Below are positions 54,196 through 63,014 of a stretch of DNA of 64,000 nucleotides, piece after piece. This stretch comes from an uncultured Candidatus Poseidoniales archaeon (GTDB taxonomy: Archaea; Thermoplasmatota; Poseidoniia; Poseidoniales; Thalassarchaeaceae): contig CAZPCY010000004.1 of the NCBI GenBank assembly GCA_964585295.1, positions 90,786 through 154,785 on the forward strand. Direction: 5' to 3'. The notes under the pieces are model-generated. The model was not told where the DNA came from. It saw nothing but the letters and a program-made list of their open reading frames with translations, and made no database searches. Every line of letters begins with the position of its first letter. The first letter of the stretch is position 1. The position numbers and the translations under genes were made by a program.

Positions 54196-56109
54196 ATGCG
54201 ACTGACATTGGCCGAGATCAAGAAGACCGCGAAGAAGGTGATACCGGACGGGATACCGTACGAGATTGACCTAGAGGCTGGAACGATAGCCGTCGTAACC
54301 CAGACTCCAGAGGCGTTCGCAGGCAGGGACAACCTGACCGTGAAGCTGGCGAAGGCGGTGCGGAGGCGCATCGTCGTAAGACCGGCACCGTCTTTGCTCA
54401 AGAGTGAGGAGGAGGTTATGGAGGCGATCCAGAGAATCGTTCCAGAGAGCGCTCAGTTGCAGAAGGTATCGTTCGACCCGGCCCTCTCCGAGGTAATTCT
54501 GGAGTGCAAAAATCCCGCTGAGGCGGTAGGTCCGAAGGGAGCCAACATCTCAGCGCTGCGGGATGATGTCGGTTGGTTGTTCAGGGTTGAGCGCGCTCCC
54601 GCATTCGAATCGCGGACCAGGAACGACATCCGTCGCTTCAGGAAGGAGATGGCTACCGAGCGCCGCTCCCTTCTGCGGAAGTTCGGGACCCGCATCTATC
54701 GTCCGCCTCGACCAACCGTTCCTTGGATCCGCCTCACCGCGCTCGGGTCGTATCGTGAGGTTGGCCGTGCGATGCACCTTGTGACCACGAATGAGAGTAG
54801 GGTGTTGGTCGATTGTGGTGCGAAGCCGACGAACAAACTGGACGAGGTGCAGCCTTTCTTCGATGCTCCCGAACTAATGCCTCTAGAGAACTTGGATGCG
54901 ATCGTGATTACCCACGCCCACGTCGACCACATCGGCATGCTGCCTGTGCTGTTCAGGTACGGTTACTCAGGTCCGGTGTATTGCACACCACCGACTAGGG
55001 ACCTGATGACTCTCCTGCAGATGGATTACATCAAGGTGGCCAAAGCCGAGGGGCGAGAGCCTCCGTATTCAAAGCAGGATATCCAGAATTGCGTCAAGCA
55101 CTGCATAGATGTGGCATGGGGAGAGAAAATCGACATCGCTCCCGATGTGAAGATGACGATGGAGAACGCCGGACATATCCTAGGTTCATCCTCGGTCTAC
55201 ATGCAGATTGGAGACGGGCGAAGCGAGCACCGTCTGCTGTTCTCAGGTGACATCAAGTACGAACGGTCTTGGCTATTCGATGCGGCGACGGTGAGATTCC
55301 CGAAGGTCGAGACATTAGTGATTGAGTCGACCTACGGTGGCCGTAAGTCGTTCCAGCCGACCCGCATGGAGGCTACTGAGGAGCTGCAGGACCTCATCCT
55401 TAGGATGCTGGCCAAGGGAGGGCGGATGTTCTGCCCTGTCTTCGCGGTCGGCCGCAGTCAAGAGGTGATGATTGCAATCGACCAGCTGTTCAAATCGGGA
55501 GATGTGGAACCTTGCCCCGTCTGGATCGACGGGATGATATCGGAGGCAACCGCCATCCACGCTAGCCATCCCGAATTCCTCAATCGGGATCTTCGCAAAT
55601 TGGTCCTAAAAGGAGGCGAGAACAACCCGTTCAACTCCCCATGGTTCAAACCGGTCGGAGGCCGTGAGAAGCGGGAGCAGGTCGTCCTCGATCCATCGCC
55701 ATGTATCGTACTGGCGACTAGTGGCATGATGACCGGAGGCCCAATCATGGAGTACTTCAAGCACTGGGCCCCCGATTCATCGGCCACACTCTGTTTCGTT
55801 GGATACCAAGCCTCTGGAACGATGGGTAGGAGGCTGCAAGCGGGATATTCCGAGGTGCCGATATCGGACGACGGTCAGACTAACATGATTCCAGTGAACT
55901 GCGATATGGTGACCATAGACGGATTCAGCGGCCACTCAGATCGTCGTCAGTTGATGGATTACGTCGGAGCCTTCCATCCGAAGCCTCGAAGGGTCATCTG
56001 CCATCATGGTGACGATTCCGTATGCAATGAGTTCAGACAAGCGTTGAGGGAGACTCACAGGGTTCGTTCACAGGCTCCCGAGAACCTAGAGACGATCCGC
56101 CTTCTATAG
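54196..56109 (+). CDS. aCPSF1 (beta-CASP/metallo-beta-lactamase RNase with N-terminal KH domains)
   Basis: KH-like N-terminus; VITHAHVDHIGMLP (HxHxDH); beta-CASP region; C-terminal FSGHSDRRQL and CHHGD. Start at ATG 54196. Confidence 0.9.
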   Translation: MRLTLAEIKKTAKKVIPDGIPYEIDLEAGTIAVVTQTPEAFAGRDNLTVKLAKAVRRRIVVRPAPSLLKSEEEVMEAIQRIVPESAQLQKVSFDPALSEVILECKNPAEAVGPKGANISALRDDVGWLFRVERAPAFESRTRNDIRRFRKEMATERRSLLRKFGTRIYRPPRPTVPWIRLTALGSYREVGRAMHLVTTNESRVLVDCGAKPTNKLDEVQPFFDAPELMPLENLDAIVITHAHVDHIGMLPVLFRYGYSGPVYCTPPTRDLMTLLQMDYIKVAKAEGREPPYSKQDIQNCVKHCIDVAWGEKIDIAPDVKMTMENAGHILGSSSVYMQIGDGRSEHRLLFSGDIKYERSWLFDAATVRFPKVETLVIESTYGGRKSFQPTRMEATEELQDLILRMLAKGGRMFCPVFAVGRSQEVMIAIDQLFKSGDVEPCPVWIDGMISEATAIHASHPEFLNRDLRKLVLKGGENNPFNSPWFKPVGGREKREQVVLDPSPCIVLATSGMMTGGPIMEYFKHWAPDSSATLCFVGYQASGTMGRRLQAGYSEVPISDDGQTNMIPVNCDMVTIDGFSGHSDRRQLMDYVGAFHPKPRRVICHHGDDSVCNEFRQALRETHRVRSQAPENLETIRLL

Positions 56110-56129
56110 ATGCCTGGTGATTCCAAGCA

Positions 56130-56429
56130 TCAGATTGGCGAATCGAAGCCATGCTCGATGGGATCAGGTAGAGGCTCTCTCTTCGCTTCTGCTTCACCTC
56201 CGGGACCCCCGGCTTCCCTCTTTCCTTGGATAGTCCCTGTATCGGTTTTTTTTCTGCCATCGATGACAGATAGGATCAGAGATGCCGCGAAGATCGCCGA
56301 AGCGGTTGCTAGGATGATGGTTAGCGATGCTGCTGGTGGCAGGTCGAAGAACGGGATCACTGCGATAGCCATCAGACCGAGGATGGCCGCGATCGCCCTC
56401 CAGTCGACCCGGTTGCGTTCATCCGTCAT
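56130..56429 (-). CDS. Small two-TM membrane protein (tentative)
   Basis: Internal ATG 56429 (MTDERNRVDWRAIAAILGLMAIAVIPFF...). The longer listed ORF would overlap the PdaD-like gene. Confidence 0.3.
   Translation of the reverse strand: MTDERNRVDWRAIAAILGLMAIAVIPFFDLPPAASLTIILATASAIFAASLILSVIDGRKKTDTGTIQGKREAGGPGGEAEAKREPLPDPIEHGFDSPI
56246..56253 (+). terminator. Oligo-T (T8) tract downstream of aCPSF1, candidate archaeal termination signal
   Basis: Run of eight T on the plus strand about 140 nt after the aCPSF1 stop. Oligo-T tracts are the known archaeal intrinsic termination signal. The tract lies inside a low-confidence minus-strand ORF. Confidence 0.25.
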
Positions 56430-56552
56430 CGAGTCGTGACGGACCCGCCCGTTGATGAACCCCGACGCCTTCGCCAGTCCGTGGACTTCGACATCAGTGG
56501 CGGAGTTGTCCGCAAACCTAGAGCAACGCCGAAGCGAGATCCTTCGGAGGGC

Positions 56553-57149
56553 ATGGGAGGTTCCATCGCACCTACCAGTGGATGGCTTCTGACCGCAGTC
56601 GCGCCATGGGGTGAGTCCGAGGAGGACGCCTATGACCAATGCCTCGTCGAACTGGGTCTTGGGGATGCTCGAATCGTTCAGGTCAGAGGCGCGATGCTCC
56701 CACTCGGCTTCACTGCTGGATCACCCCAGTTGCTACCCATGGGGAGTCTGGTCGAATGCCACATGGCTGTCGCTACCGCATTCGATGGCGCCTCTGCGTG
56801 CGCCGCCGTCGCTTGGGCACAAGCGCAGACCCCAGAGGGAGAGGAGTGCGCCATAGTCGCGACTCTGGAGAGCGACCTCGATCCAGAGGAGTGCGAGTTG
56901 ACGTTGAAGCGGGTGCTGCAGAGGAAGTTGGCGAGCCGCGATCTCGAAGTTATCGATCACGACGTCGCAGTCGATGAGGTCACCGCTGCCGATGGCCACC
57001 ACGGAACCGCAATCGCTGCCCTGATTCTCCCCAACAGTCTCGGTGGAATAGGCGGGCCGACCGGCAGGACGCGAGAGATCACGAAGCCGGTCTCTCCGAC
57101 TGGTGGAGTCAGGACAGCCGACATGTCAGGAAGCGACTTCTCCCTCTGA
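56553..57149 (+). CDS. Pyruvoyl-dependent arginine decarboxylase (PdaD)-like protein lacking the self-processing serine
   Basis: WGESEEDAYDQCLVELGLGDARIVQVRGAMLP aligns with M. jannaschii PdaD [33 protein letters not shown], and LPMGSLV matches LPMGALV. Start at the internal ATG 56553. Confidence 0.45.
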   Translation: MGGSIAPTSGWLLTAVAPWGESEEDAYDQCLVELGLGDARIVQVRGAMLPLGFTAGSPQLLPMGSLVECHMAVATAFDGASACAAVAWAQAQTPEGEECAIVATLESDLDPEECELTLKRVLQRKLASRDLEVIDHDVAVDEVTAADGHHGTAIAALILPNSLGGIGGPTGRTREITKPVSPTGGVRTADMSGSDFSL

Positions 57150-57162
57150 TTTTGAACCGATC

Positions 57163-57345
57163 TCATCTGAGAATTACTCTGGTGGTTCCATTGACCCGAT
57201 GGCGCGGGCCGTCACCGTTGAACTCGATGTAGATGTGTAGTTCGCAGCCATCTGCCCCGACAATGTCGCAGATTTGCTCCCCGTTCTCCTCGATAATGAG
57301 TATCTCGTCTTGCCCCCAAACTTCGGGATCTTCATCTGCCTGCAT
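57163..57345 (-). CDS. Small acidic protein (tentative)
   Basis: 60-aa ORF in an otherwise unassigned gap. No motif. Confidence 0.2.
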   Translation of the reverse strand: MQADEDPEVWGQDEILIIEENGEQICDIVGADGCELHIYIEFNGDGPRHRVNGTTRVILR

Positions 57346-57365
57346 ACCAACAATTCATCTCGGAG

Positions 57366-57372
57366 ATAAATA
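57366..57372 (+). promoter_or_regulatory. Candidate TATA box (ATAAATA) for the small membrane-protein gene
   Basis: AT-rich element 28-34 nt upstream of ATG 57400, spacing consistent with a leaderless transcript. Confidence 0.3.
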
Positions 57373-57399
57373 GAAGAAGAACCCTATTATCGATTGAAT

Positions 57400-57642
57400 A
57401 TGGAAAAACAGGTCGCCGAAGATGGAAATAAGATCTGGTTCATCAGGATGTGGGGGTTCAAATTCCCATTCATCGATCTCAGATTAGCAGGCTTGGTGGG
57501 ATTCTCCGCCGCGATGTTGATCGCAACGCTATGGCCGCCGATTCTTTCCGTTGATTGGTATTGGTGGGTGATTCTCTTCTTGTTGGCCGCTGTTAAACCA
57601 ATTTCCACGTTTCTCAAGCAACTTTCCGAACCTGCCGAATGA
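57400..57642 (+). CDS. Small two-TM membrane protein (tentative)
   Basis: ORF with helices LAGLVGFSAAMLIATLW and WYWWVILFLLAAV. The listed start is TTG 57394. Confidence 0.3.
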   Translation: MEKQVAEDGNKIWFIRMWGFKFPFIDLRLAGLVGFSAAMLIATLWPPILSVDWYWWVILFLLAAVKPISTFLKQLSEPAE

Positions 57643-57657
57643 GAACCTAGCCTCGGA

Positions 57658-57735
57658 TGGTGGGCCCGCTCAGATTCGAACTGAGGTCTATGGCTCCCAA
57701 AGCCACAAGCATAAGCCAAGCTAACCCACGGGCCC
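57658..57735 (-). tRNA. tRNA-Pro (anticodon TGG), CCA encoded
   Basis: Reverse complement folds as acceptor GGGCCCG/CGGGCCC, anticodon stem GTGGC/GCCAT with loop TTTGGGA, T arm CTCAG-TTCGAAT-CTGAG, discriminator A plus CCA. Confidence 0.9.
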
Positions 57736-57771
57736 TATGAGCCGGCGGGCGAGGTCTCTTGCCCATGAACC

Positions 57772-58275
57772 TCACTGCTCGAGCAGCCGCCAGCGCCCGT
57801 CTCCGATCTGCATCAGTACACCCTCCATAGCGGCCATCTCTAGGATTCCCTGCACTTCCTCCTTCGTCACCCCATATCGACCGGCGATTCGAACCGCTCT
57901 GTCGAGTGTAACTTCACCTTCCACGGTCGAATCACGAACCAGACGTCGAGGATCGAAAGAATCGGATTTCCTCACGCCCGGAACCAAGTGTGACCTCGAT
58001 GCGATAGCCTCCTCGAACTCCGCTCGAATCGACTTGGGTAGGTTGGAGGAGGCAACGGAGGCGGCGAGGGCAGCGGCATCATCGAACGATTCTACGACAC
58101 CAGTGGAATCACTGCCGCAATGCTTGCACCTCCGGTCCTTGGCCGCACCACTTACTCCCATTGAGAGCCTGCAGACATTGCAGACTAGTCGTTGCCATGG
58201 GTCGGACATGTCCAATTCGCTCAATCGGACGTCCATGATTCCGTCGGTGATAATCGGAATCGAGCCGCCATGCAT
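57772..58275 (-). CDS. Zinc-ribbon protein with C-terminal winged-helix-like domain, unknown function
   Basis: CNVC ... CKHC pair. C-terminal VTLDRAVRIAGRYGVTKEEVQGILEMAAMEGVLMQIGDGRWRLL looks like a wHTH. The antisense ORF 57737-58369 is S/R/P-rich. Confidence 0.5.
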   Translation of the reverse strand: MHGGSIPIITDGIMDVRLSELDMSDPWQRLVCNVCRLSMGVSGAAKDRRCKHCGSDSTGVVESFDDAAALAASVASSNLPKSIRAEFEEAIASRSHLVPGVRKSDSFDPRRLVRDSTVEGEVTLDRAVRIAGRYGVTKEEVQGILEMAAMEGVLMQIGDGRWRLLEQ

Positions 58276-58365
58276 CTTGACTCAGGCATCATCCCCTCGC
58301 GAGAGATCCGAACCGATTCCTCTGCGAGCGGAAGGATATCATGCAAGACCCTTCCTCCGAGCAGT

Positions 58366-58686
58366 ATGAATGAGGAAAAGAAGGGCGGATTCATCGGTCG
58401 CGCAGTTAAGGGAGCGGCTGGCAAGGCAACCGGAGCGGCGAGCGACGCTGTGAAAGGAGCGGTGAAGGAGACTGCAGCGAAGGCGACCAAGCCCGCTCGC
58501 GACGCCGTCTCCGCAAAGGTTGGCGAGGCTATGGGGGCTGCGACCGATGCGGTCTCATCGAAGGTCGAGGAGGTCGCCTCCAAGGTCACCGAAGCAGCCG
58601 AGAATAAGGCGAAGGAGATCGCCCGGGAGGCGGCCAAGGAAGCGGCTAAGGAATCAGTGAAGGGCATCTTCCGGGGTAAGCGTTGA
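58366..58686 (+). CDS. LEA-like / amphipathic 11-mer repeat protein
   Basis: From ATG 58366, about eight Ala/Lys/Glu-rich 11-residue repeats (AVKGAAGKATG, AASDAVKGAVK, ETAAKATKPAR, DAVSAKVGEAM ...). Confidence 0.45.
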   Translation: MNEEKKGGFIGRAVKGAAGKATGAASDAVKGAVKETAAKATKPARDAVSAKVGEAMGAATDAVSSKVEEVASKVTEAAENKAKEIAREAAKEAAKESVKGIFRGKR

Positions 58687-58757
58687 TTATCCAATCAATA
58701 GTCCGACTACCATACTGAAGAGGATAACTTCATTCGCTCATAGTTTGAGAGTCGTGC

Positions 58758-60173
58758 ATGCAGGATGTAGGCCCTCTCGGCGCGTACTACTGGCGAGTCA
58801 TCACAGGCATCGATCTCTCGACGGGCATGACGATTGGCCTGACCCACATCGTCTCGTTCCTCTCGCTAATCACATGCATCGCCCTGATTTTCCTCTCGAT
58901 GCTCATCATCCGGGCACGTCCGAAGGCGGCGGAGAACCGATTCATGTGCGTGCTGCTTCTCGCAGAGGCGTGGCGGGTGATAGCGAATTGGTACAATCTG
59001 TTGCCCTTAGGACCAGAGTACCTTCCAGCAGTTCAGGCTTACCGCGTCGTCTGGTACTTCTGTGGCATACTCTGCATCATGCTCTACCTCTCCACGGTCG
59101 CCTTCTATCCGACCAAGAGGACGCGCTTCATGACAAAGGATGCGATCAAGAACAACCTCTGGTGGGCCTTGCCGGTCATCAGCGCCACTCTACTTGCATT
59201 GATGATTTCAAGCAGTGGGAGTCTCGCATCGACTATCGGTGGCACCGCCCATGTGGACTGCACCGGTTTGACGGATGCTGACTATACCGATGGGCTCGCA
59301 CCGGCGACAATGAGCTACTCTCCTGGGACCGAGGAGATCAAGGGCAGTTGCGACAATCAATACGCTCCCTTCTCCTACTTCTTACCCGAGGCGGGCACAG
59401 GATTGGGGACCCTGTTGCTAATCATCCCGGTCTTCTCCGCAACGATCGCAGTTTTCCTCATGCGGAGCGCTTGGAAGGATCTGCGGAATCAGGAGGGCCA
59501 GGAGGATGCGGCCAACGAGGCCCGTGCCCTGTTCATCGGATTCAGCGGGAAGGCGGTACTCAAGGGCACCTTGGTACTATCGATCATATTCACAACAATC
59601 AAGTTCGGACGATTCAATCTGGCCGATAGTGCCTCGATCGAGGACACTACCCAGTTGGCGATTTACTACGCCTGCTTGTATGGATTCCTATTCAGTATCC
59701 TGCTCACAGGGATGTTCGAGGGATTCATGTTCAGCTATGCGATTCTGAAGAACGATATCCTCGGCATCGACCGACGACTTCGGCAGACCTTCTCCGCGGC
59801 CAGCTTTGCTGGCGTTGGTGCTATACTGGTGCTGATATCAACTGAGATAATGGAGTCTATTTCTGGGTTCGGTTGGATCGGCGGAGTTCTAATCGGCTTG
59901 CCATTGATCTTGCTTCGCAAACCTATCTATGGAGTAATCGACGGCTTCTCCAGCCGAATCATGCCCGAATCCCTCACGGGGCCTCAGAGGAGTTACCTAG
60001 AAGCATACGAGACCGTCGCCGAGGACGGAGTGATAACCGATGGGGAAAGGAAATTGCTCGAACTACAAGCGAAGAATCTGGGTCTTAGCGCCACTCAAGT
60101 AGCCAGTTTGGAATCGTTGTACGATTCTCATGGATTGGTTGAGGAGTCGCTGGGAAATGACGAATCGGAATGA
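58758..60173 (+). CDS. Polytopic membrane protein with cytoplasmic TerB-like C-terminal motif
   Basis: About 8-9 hydrophobic helices. Tail AEDGVITDGERKLLELQAKNLGLSATQVASLESLY. Confidence 0.6.
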   Translation: MQDVGPLGAYYWRVITGIDLSTGMTIGLTHIVSFLSLITCIALIFLSMLIIRARPKAAENRFMCVLLLAEAWRVIANWYNLLPLGPEYLPAVQAYRVVWYFCGILCIMLYLSTVAFYPTKRTRFMTKDAIKNNLWWALPVISATLLALMISSSGSLASTIGGTAHVDCTGLTDADYTDGLAPATMSYSPGTEEIKGSCDNQYAPFSYFLPEAGTGLGTLLLIIPVFSATIAVFLMRSAWKDLRNQEGQEDAANEARALFIGFSGKAVLKGTLVLSIIFTTIKFGRFNLADSASIEDTTQLAIYYACLYGFLFSILLTGMFEGFMFSYAILKNDILGIDRRLRQTFSAASFAGVGAILVLISTEIMESISGFGWIGGVLIGLPLILLRKPIYGVIDGFSSRIMPESLTGPQRSYLEAYETVAEDGVITDGERKLLELQAKNLGLSATQVASLESLYDSHGLVEESLGNDESE

Positions 60174-60242
60174 TAATCCCGTCGTTTCCAATCAGGTTGC
60201 GGGTCGAGTCACTAGTAGCGCGGATGATTGAAAATTGCGAGG

Positions 60243-60317
60243 TGCTCGTGCCGGGATTTGAACCCGGGTCGACGGATCGAGAGTCCGTCATGATGGACCG
60301 AACTACACCACACGAGC
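60243..60317 (-). tRNA. tRNA-Glu (anticodon CTC), CCA not encoded
   Basis: Reverse complement folds as acceptor GCTCGTG/CACGAGC, anticodon stem ACGGA/TCCGT with loop CTCTCGA, T arm CCGGG-TTCAAAT-CCCGG, discriminator A. Confidence 0.9.
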
Positions 60318-60344
60318 GTGGACGGCGCGGGGGTGCATCATCCC

Positions 60345-60350
60345 ATATTT
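60345..60350 (-). promoter_or_regulatory. Candidate TATA box (AAATAT) for tRNA-Glu
   Basis: AT-rich hexamer on the minus strand, 28-33 nt upstream of the tRNA 5' end (60317), flanked by GC-rich sequence. Confidence 0.35.
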
Positions 60351-60817
60351 CAATGGACCTGCGGCGCCGATGATACCGACTCTCAACCGCTCCGAATCGA
60401 TTCTTAGACTACCAGCGCGGAATAGTTCCATTGCCTTCACTTTCAGTTTTTATTCAGCCGCAGTGTAGCGTTCTCACATTCACTTTCAACACCCCCTCTC
60501 CATCTCTGGTTGATATGCTGGTCGGCATTGCTCGAACCGGTGAACGGGATGCTGAGCCAAGAGAACATGAACACGAATGAAACTGAAGTGCGAGATGACG
60601 ATCGACGGGCGATGCGAATTGTCCCTCTATCGACGCTCCGAATGACGAGGAACAGAGTAGCGGTGAGTTCGCACCATCCAGCGATCGTCGCAGAGCGAGG
60701 GATGTCGGAGATGGTCGATTGGGTGCCGCTCCGTCGGCGTCTAGGGGTTAATCGGATGCCCATTGGATGGAAGTCATTGCACAACCGCGCCTTGGTCGCG
60801 ATGACGGAGGCGGTCTG

Positions 60818-61084
60818 ATGTCGAGGACTAAGCGTCTTCGAAAAGAGGTGCGAACGCTTCTTTCCGAGAAGGGCGAGGCGAACACCGTCGAGATCTTCGA
60901 TCACCTCAACAACCGTTTCTCCTGGGGGGCGACGATGAACCAGGTAGGCAATATTCTCGCCAAGGACTCGCGATTCGTAAAGGTCGGCCATGTTCGGGAC
61001 TACTTCCGGCTCGGCCGCTACACTGTATGCGTGTGGGCCCTCGCCTCTGATGCGAGACCAACACTCACCACAGCACAAGGATGA
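60818..61084 (+). CDS. Small winged-helix-like protein (tentative)
   Basis: MSRTKRLRKEVRTLLSEKGEANTVEIFDHLNNRF... The start ATG overlaps by one base the TGA of an upstream small ORF (60510-60818). Confidence 0.35.
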   Translation: MSRTKRLRKEVRTLLSEKGEANTVEIFDHLNNRFSWGATMNQVGNILAKDSRFVKVGHVRDYFRLGRYTVCVWALASDARPTLTTAQG

Positions 61085-61150
61085 GTCCGTGTTTTCGCAA
61101 CACGACTTGGGCGCGAACGATGAAGTCCAGAAGACGACCGTCGCCGGTCA

Positions 61151-62056
61151 GTGACATCCACCTCTGTTCGATGGCGTCTGATTCGGGGCCTCAATTCCAC
61201 CGTGGGTGCTCTGACCGTGCCCGTCGGGGCTGTCGTAGTCGGAGCGACTGCCGATTTGACTTCTGTATTACTGGTGATCTTGCACGCTGCTTGCGTCTGG
61301 ATGTTCATGGGTGCGTGGAATGTCTTCAACGATGTGATGGACATCGATGGGGATCGCATCAATCATCCTGATCGCCCGATAGCATCCGGAGAGATATCCA
61401 TCGATGAGGCGAGAGCGCTGGGCAAGAACCTCCTCTTCGGATCGATAATGGCACTCCTAACTGCTGCTTCCGTAGCGGCTGCTAGGACTGGGGAAATAGT
61501 GTATTGGCTCCCCTCCTTACCAATATGGTTCGCAGCGTTCGGACTGATGTTCCATTACGAGTTTGAAGGTGATTCTAGTCTCCGTCTGAAGCACAAGGGG
61601 TTACCTGGCAACCTCGTCGTGAGCCTCTTGGTCGGCCTAGTCATAGTGTTCGGCGCAGCAGCGGTTGGTGGGGCGGGCGACCCACGCGTCTGGTCAGTTG
61701 GCCTCTCTGCGTTCGCAGTCAACAGCGCGCGTGAGGTGATTAAGGACGTCGAGGATATGGCCGGCGATGCTGACAGAGATACGCTGTCGAAGAGGATAGG
61801 TCCTGAGCGCGCAAGGACCATCGCCTGGGTTCTGACTCTCATCGGTTTGGCATCGATGTTCATGCCGTTCGTGCTACGTCTATTCAACCCTGACCTGATG
61901 CTATGCATGGTACCTGCTGTTTTCGCACTGTTCGCGGCCAAGCCTCGACTCTATAGAGGGGAGGATTACGCTGCTCAGCGAGGTCTCAGAATGGCGATGA
62001 TACTGGGTCTGGCCGGATTTCTAACGACAGCCTTGTTGGAGCGTTGGATAGCATAG
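61151..62056 (+). CDS. UbiA-family prenyltransferase, likely digeranylgeranylglyceryl phosphate (DGGGP) synthase
   Basis: NVFNDVMDIDGDRINHPDRPIASGEIS (NDxxDxxxD plus the RP-x-x-SG pattern) and a second Asp-rich motif KDVEDMAGD. Eight to nine TM helices. Confidence 0.65.
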   Translation: MTSTSVRWRLIRGLNSTVGALTVPVGAVVVGATADLTSVLLVILHAACVWMFMGAWNVFNDVMDIDGDRINHPDRPIASGEISIDEARALGKNLLFGSIMALLTAASVAAARTGEIVYWLPSLPIWFAAFGLMFHYEFEGDSSLRLKHKGLPGNLVVSLLVGLVIVFGAAAVGGAGDPRVWSVGLSAFAVNSAREVIKDVEDMAGDADRDTLSKRIGPERARTIAWVLTLIGLASMFMPFVLRLFNPDLMLCMVPAVFALFAAKPRLYRGEDYAAQRGLRMAMILGLAGFLTTALLERWIA

Positions 62057-62065
62057 TTGGAATGT

Positions 62066-63013
62066 TCAGAATAGTTCTCTATAAACTTCCCAAGCGGCCG
62101 GATTCAGCATTCTCGTCAACAGCGACATCTGGGCCCACATCCGGTTCTCAGCTTGTTCAAAGACAACGCTGTTCTCGCTATCGATTACTCCGTCCGTTAC
62201 CTCTTCTCCGCGATGGGCTGGCAGACAGTGCATGAAGATGTGATCATCATCTGCGTGGGCCACCAGATCCTCGTTCACTTGGAATCCCTCAAAGGCGCTC
62301 ATCTTGTCCTGCAATCCCTCCTCTCCCATGCTTACGAAGACATCCGTGTAGATTACGGTCCGGTTGCTGACCGCTTCAATCGGGTCGTGCGTCATCTCGA
62401 TCTTCGATCCTTCGCGAGACGCCATCTCCTTCGATCTCTCAACCACATCTTCAGCAGGCTCATATCCTTCGGGGACGGCATATGTGATGTCAATTCCTAG
62501 ACCTGCGCAAGCGAGCATCAGGTCGTGGAGTACATTGTTTCCGTCTCCAATCCAAGCTACTCTAGAATCCATTCCATCCTGATGTTCGATGACCGTCATG
62601 AGGTCCGCAGCCGCCTGACAAGGGTGGTGCTTGTCGGATAGCGCATTGATTACTGGAACCGTTGCTGCATCTGCTAGCATCTCCACATCAGAGTGTTCGA
62701 AGCATCGGTAGGTGATCCCATCCATGTACCTAGAAAGAACGGCAGCAGTGTCGCTGACACTCTCACTCTTTCCCAGTTGGATGTCGTTCTTCAGCAGAGT
62801 CAGAGGCTGCCCGCCAAGTCTGCTGATGCCCACCTCAAAGGATACTCTGGTCCTCGTTGAGGGCTTCTCGTAGATTGATCCCACAGTCATGCCATCCAAT
62901 GGCGCGAAACCGTCGGATAGATCATCATCCTGCTTCAGGAGTATGGCCCAGTCTATGATGTCACGCAACTCACCATCGAAGTCGTCAATCGCCAACAGGT
63001 CGATCTTCTCCAT
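62066..63013 (-). CDS. argF: Ornithine carbamoyltransferase
   Basis: YEKPSTRTRVSFE, HPCQAAADL, DVFVSMGEE, HCLPAHRGEEV. Start at the internal ATG 63013, just after the upstream stop. Confidence 0.85.
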   Translation of the reverse strand: MEKIDLLAIDDFDGELRDIIDWAILLKQDDDLSDGFAPLDGMTVGSIYEKPSTRTRVSFEVGISRLGGQPLTLLKNDIQLGKSESVSDTAAVLSRYMDGITYRCFEHSDVEMLADAATVPVINALSDKHHPCQAAADLMTVIEHQDGMDSRVAWIGDGNNVLHDLMLACAGLGIDITYAVPEGYEPAEDVVERSKEMASREGSKIEMTHDPIEAVSNRTVIYTDVFVSMGEEGLQDKMSAFEGFQVNEDLVAHADDDHIFMHCLPAHRGEEVTDGVIDSENSVVFEQAENRMWAQMSLLTRMLNPAAWEVYRELF

Positions 63014-63014
63014 C

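Noticed and set aside
57737-58369. 210-aa plus-strand ORF opposite the zinc-ribbon/winged-helix gene
   Set aside because: Its composition is S/R/P-rich and it runs into the tRNA-Pro flank. The minus-strand product has CxxC pairs and a plausible wHTH.
60174-60520. Integrated mobile element targeting tRNA-Glu
   Set aside because: I found no integrase or recombinase, no duplicated tRNA 3' fragment and no flanking direct repeat. The 3' side of the tRNA abuts an ordinary membrane-protein gene.
60443-61078. 211-aa minus-strand ORF next to tRNA-Glu
   Set aside because: It is Arg/Ser-rich with no motif. I weakly prefer the two small coupled plus-strand ORFs, but none of the three is well supported.
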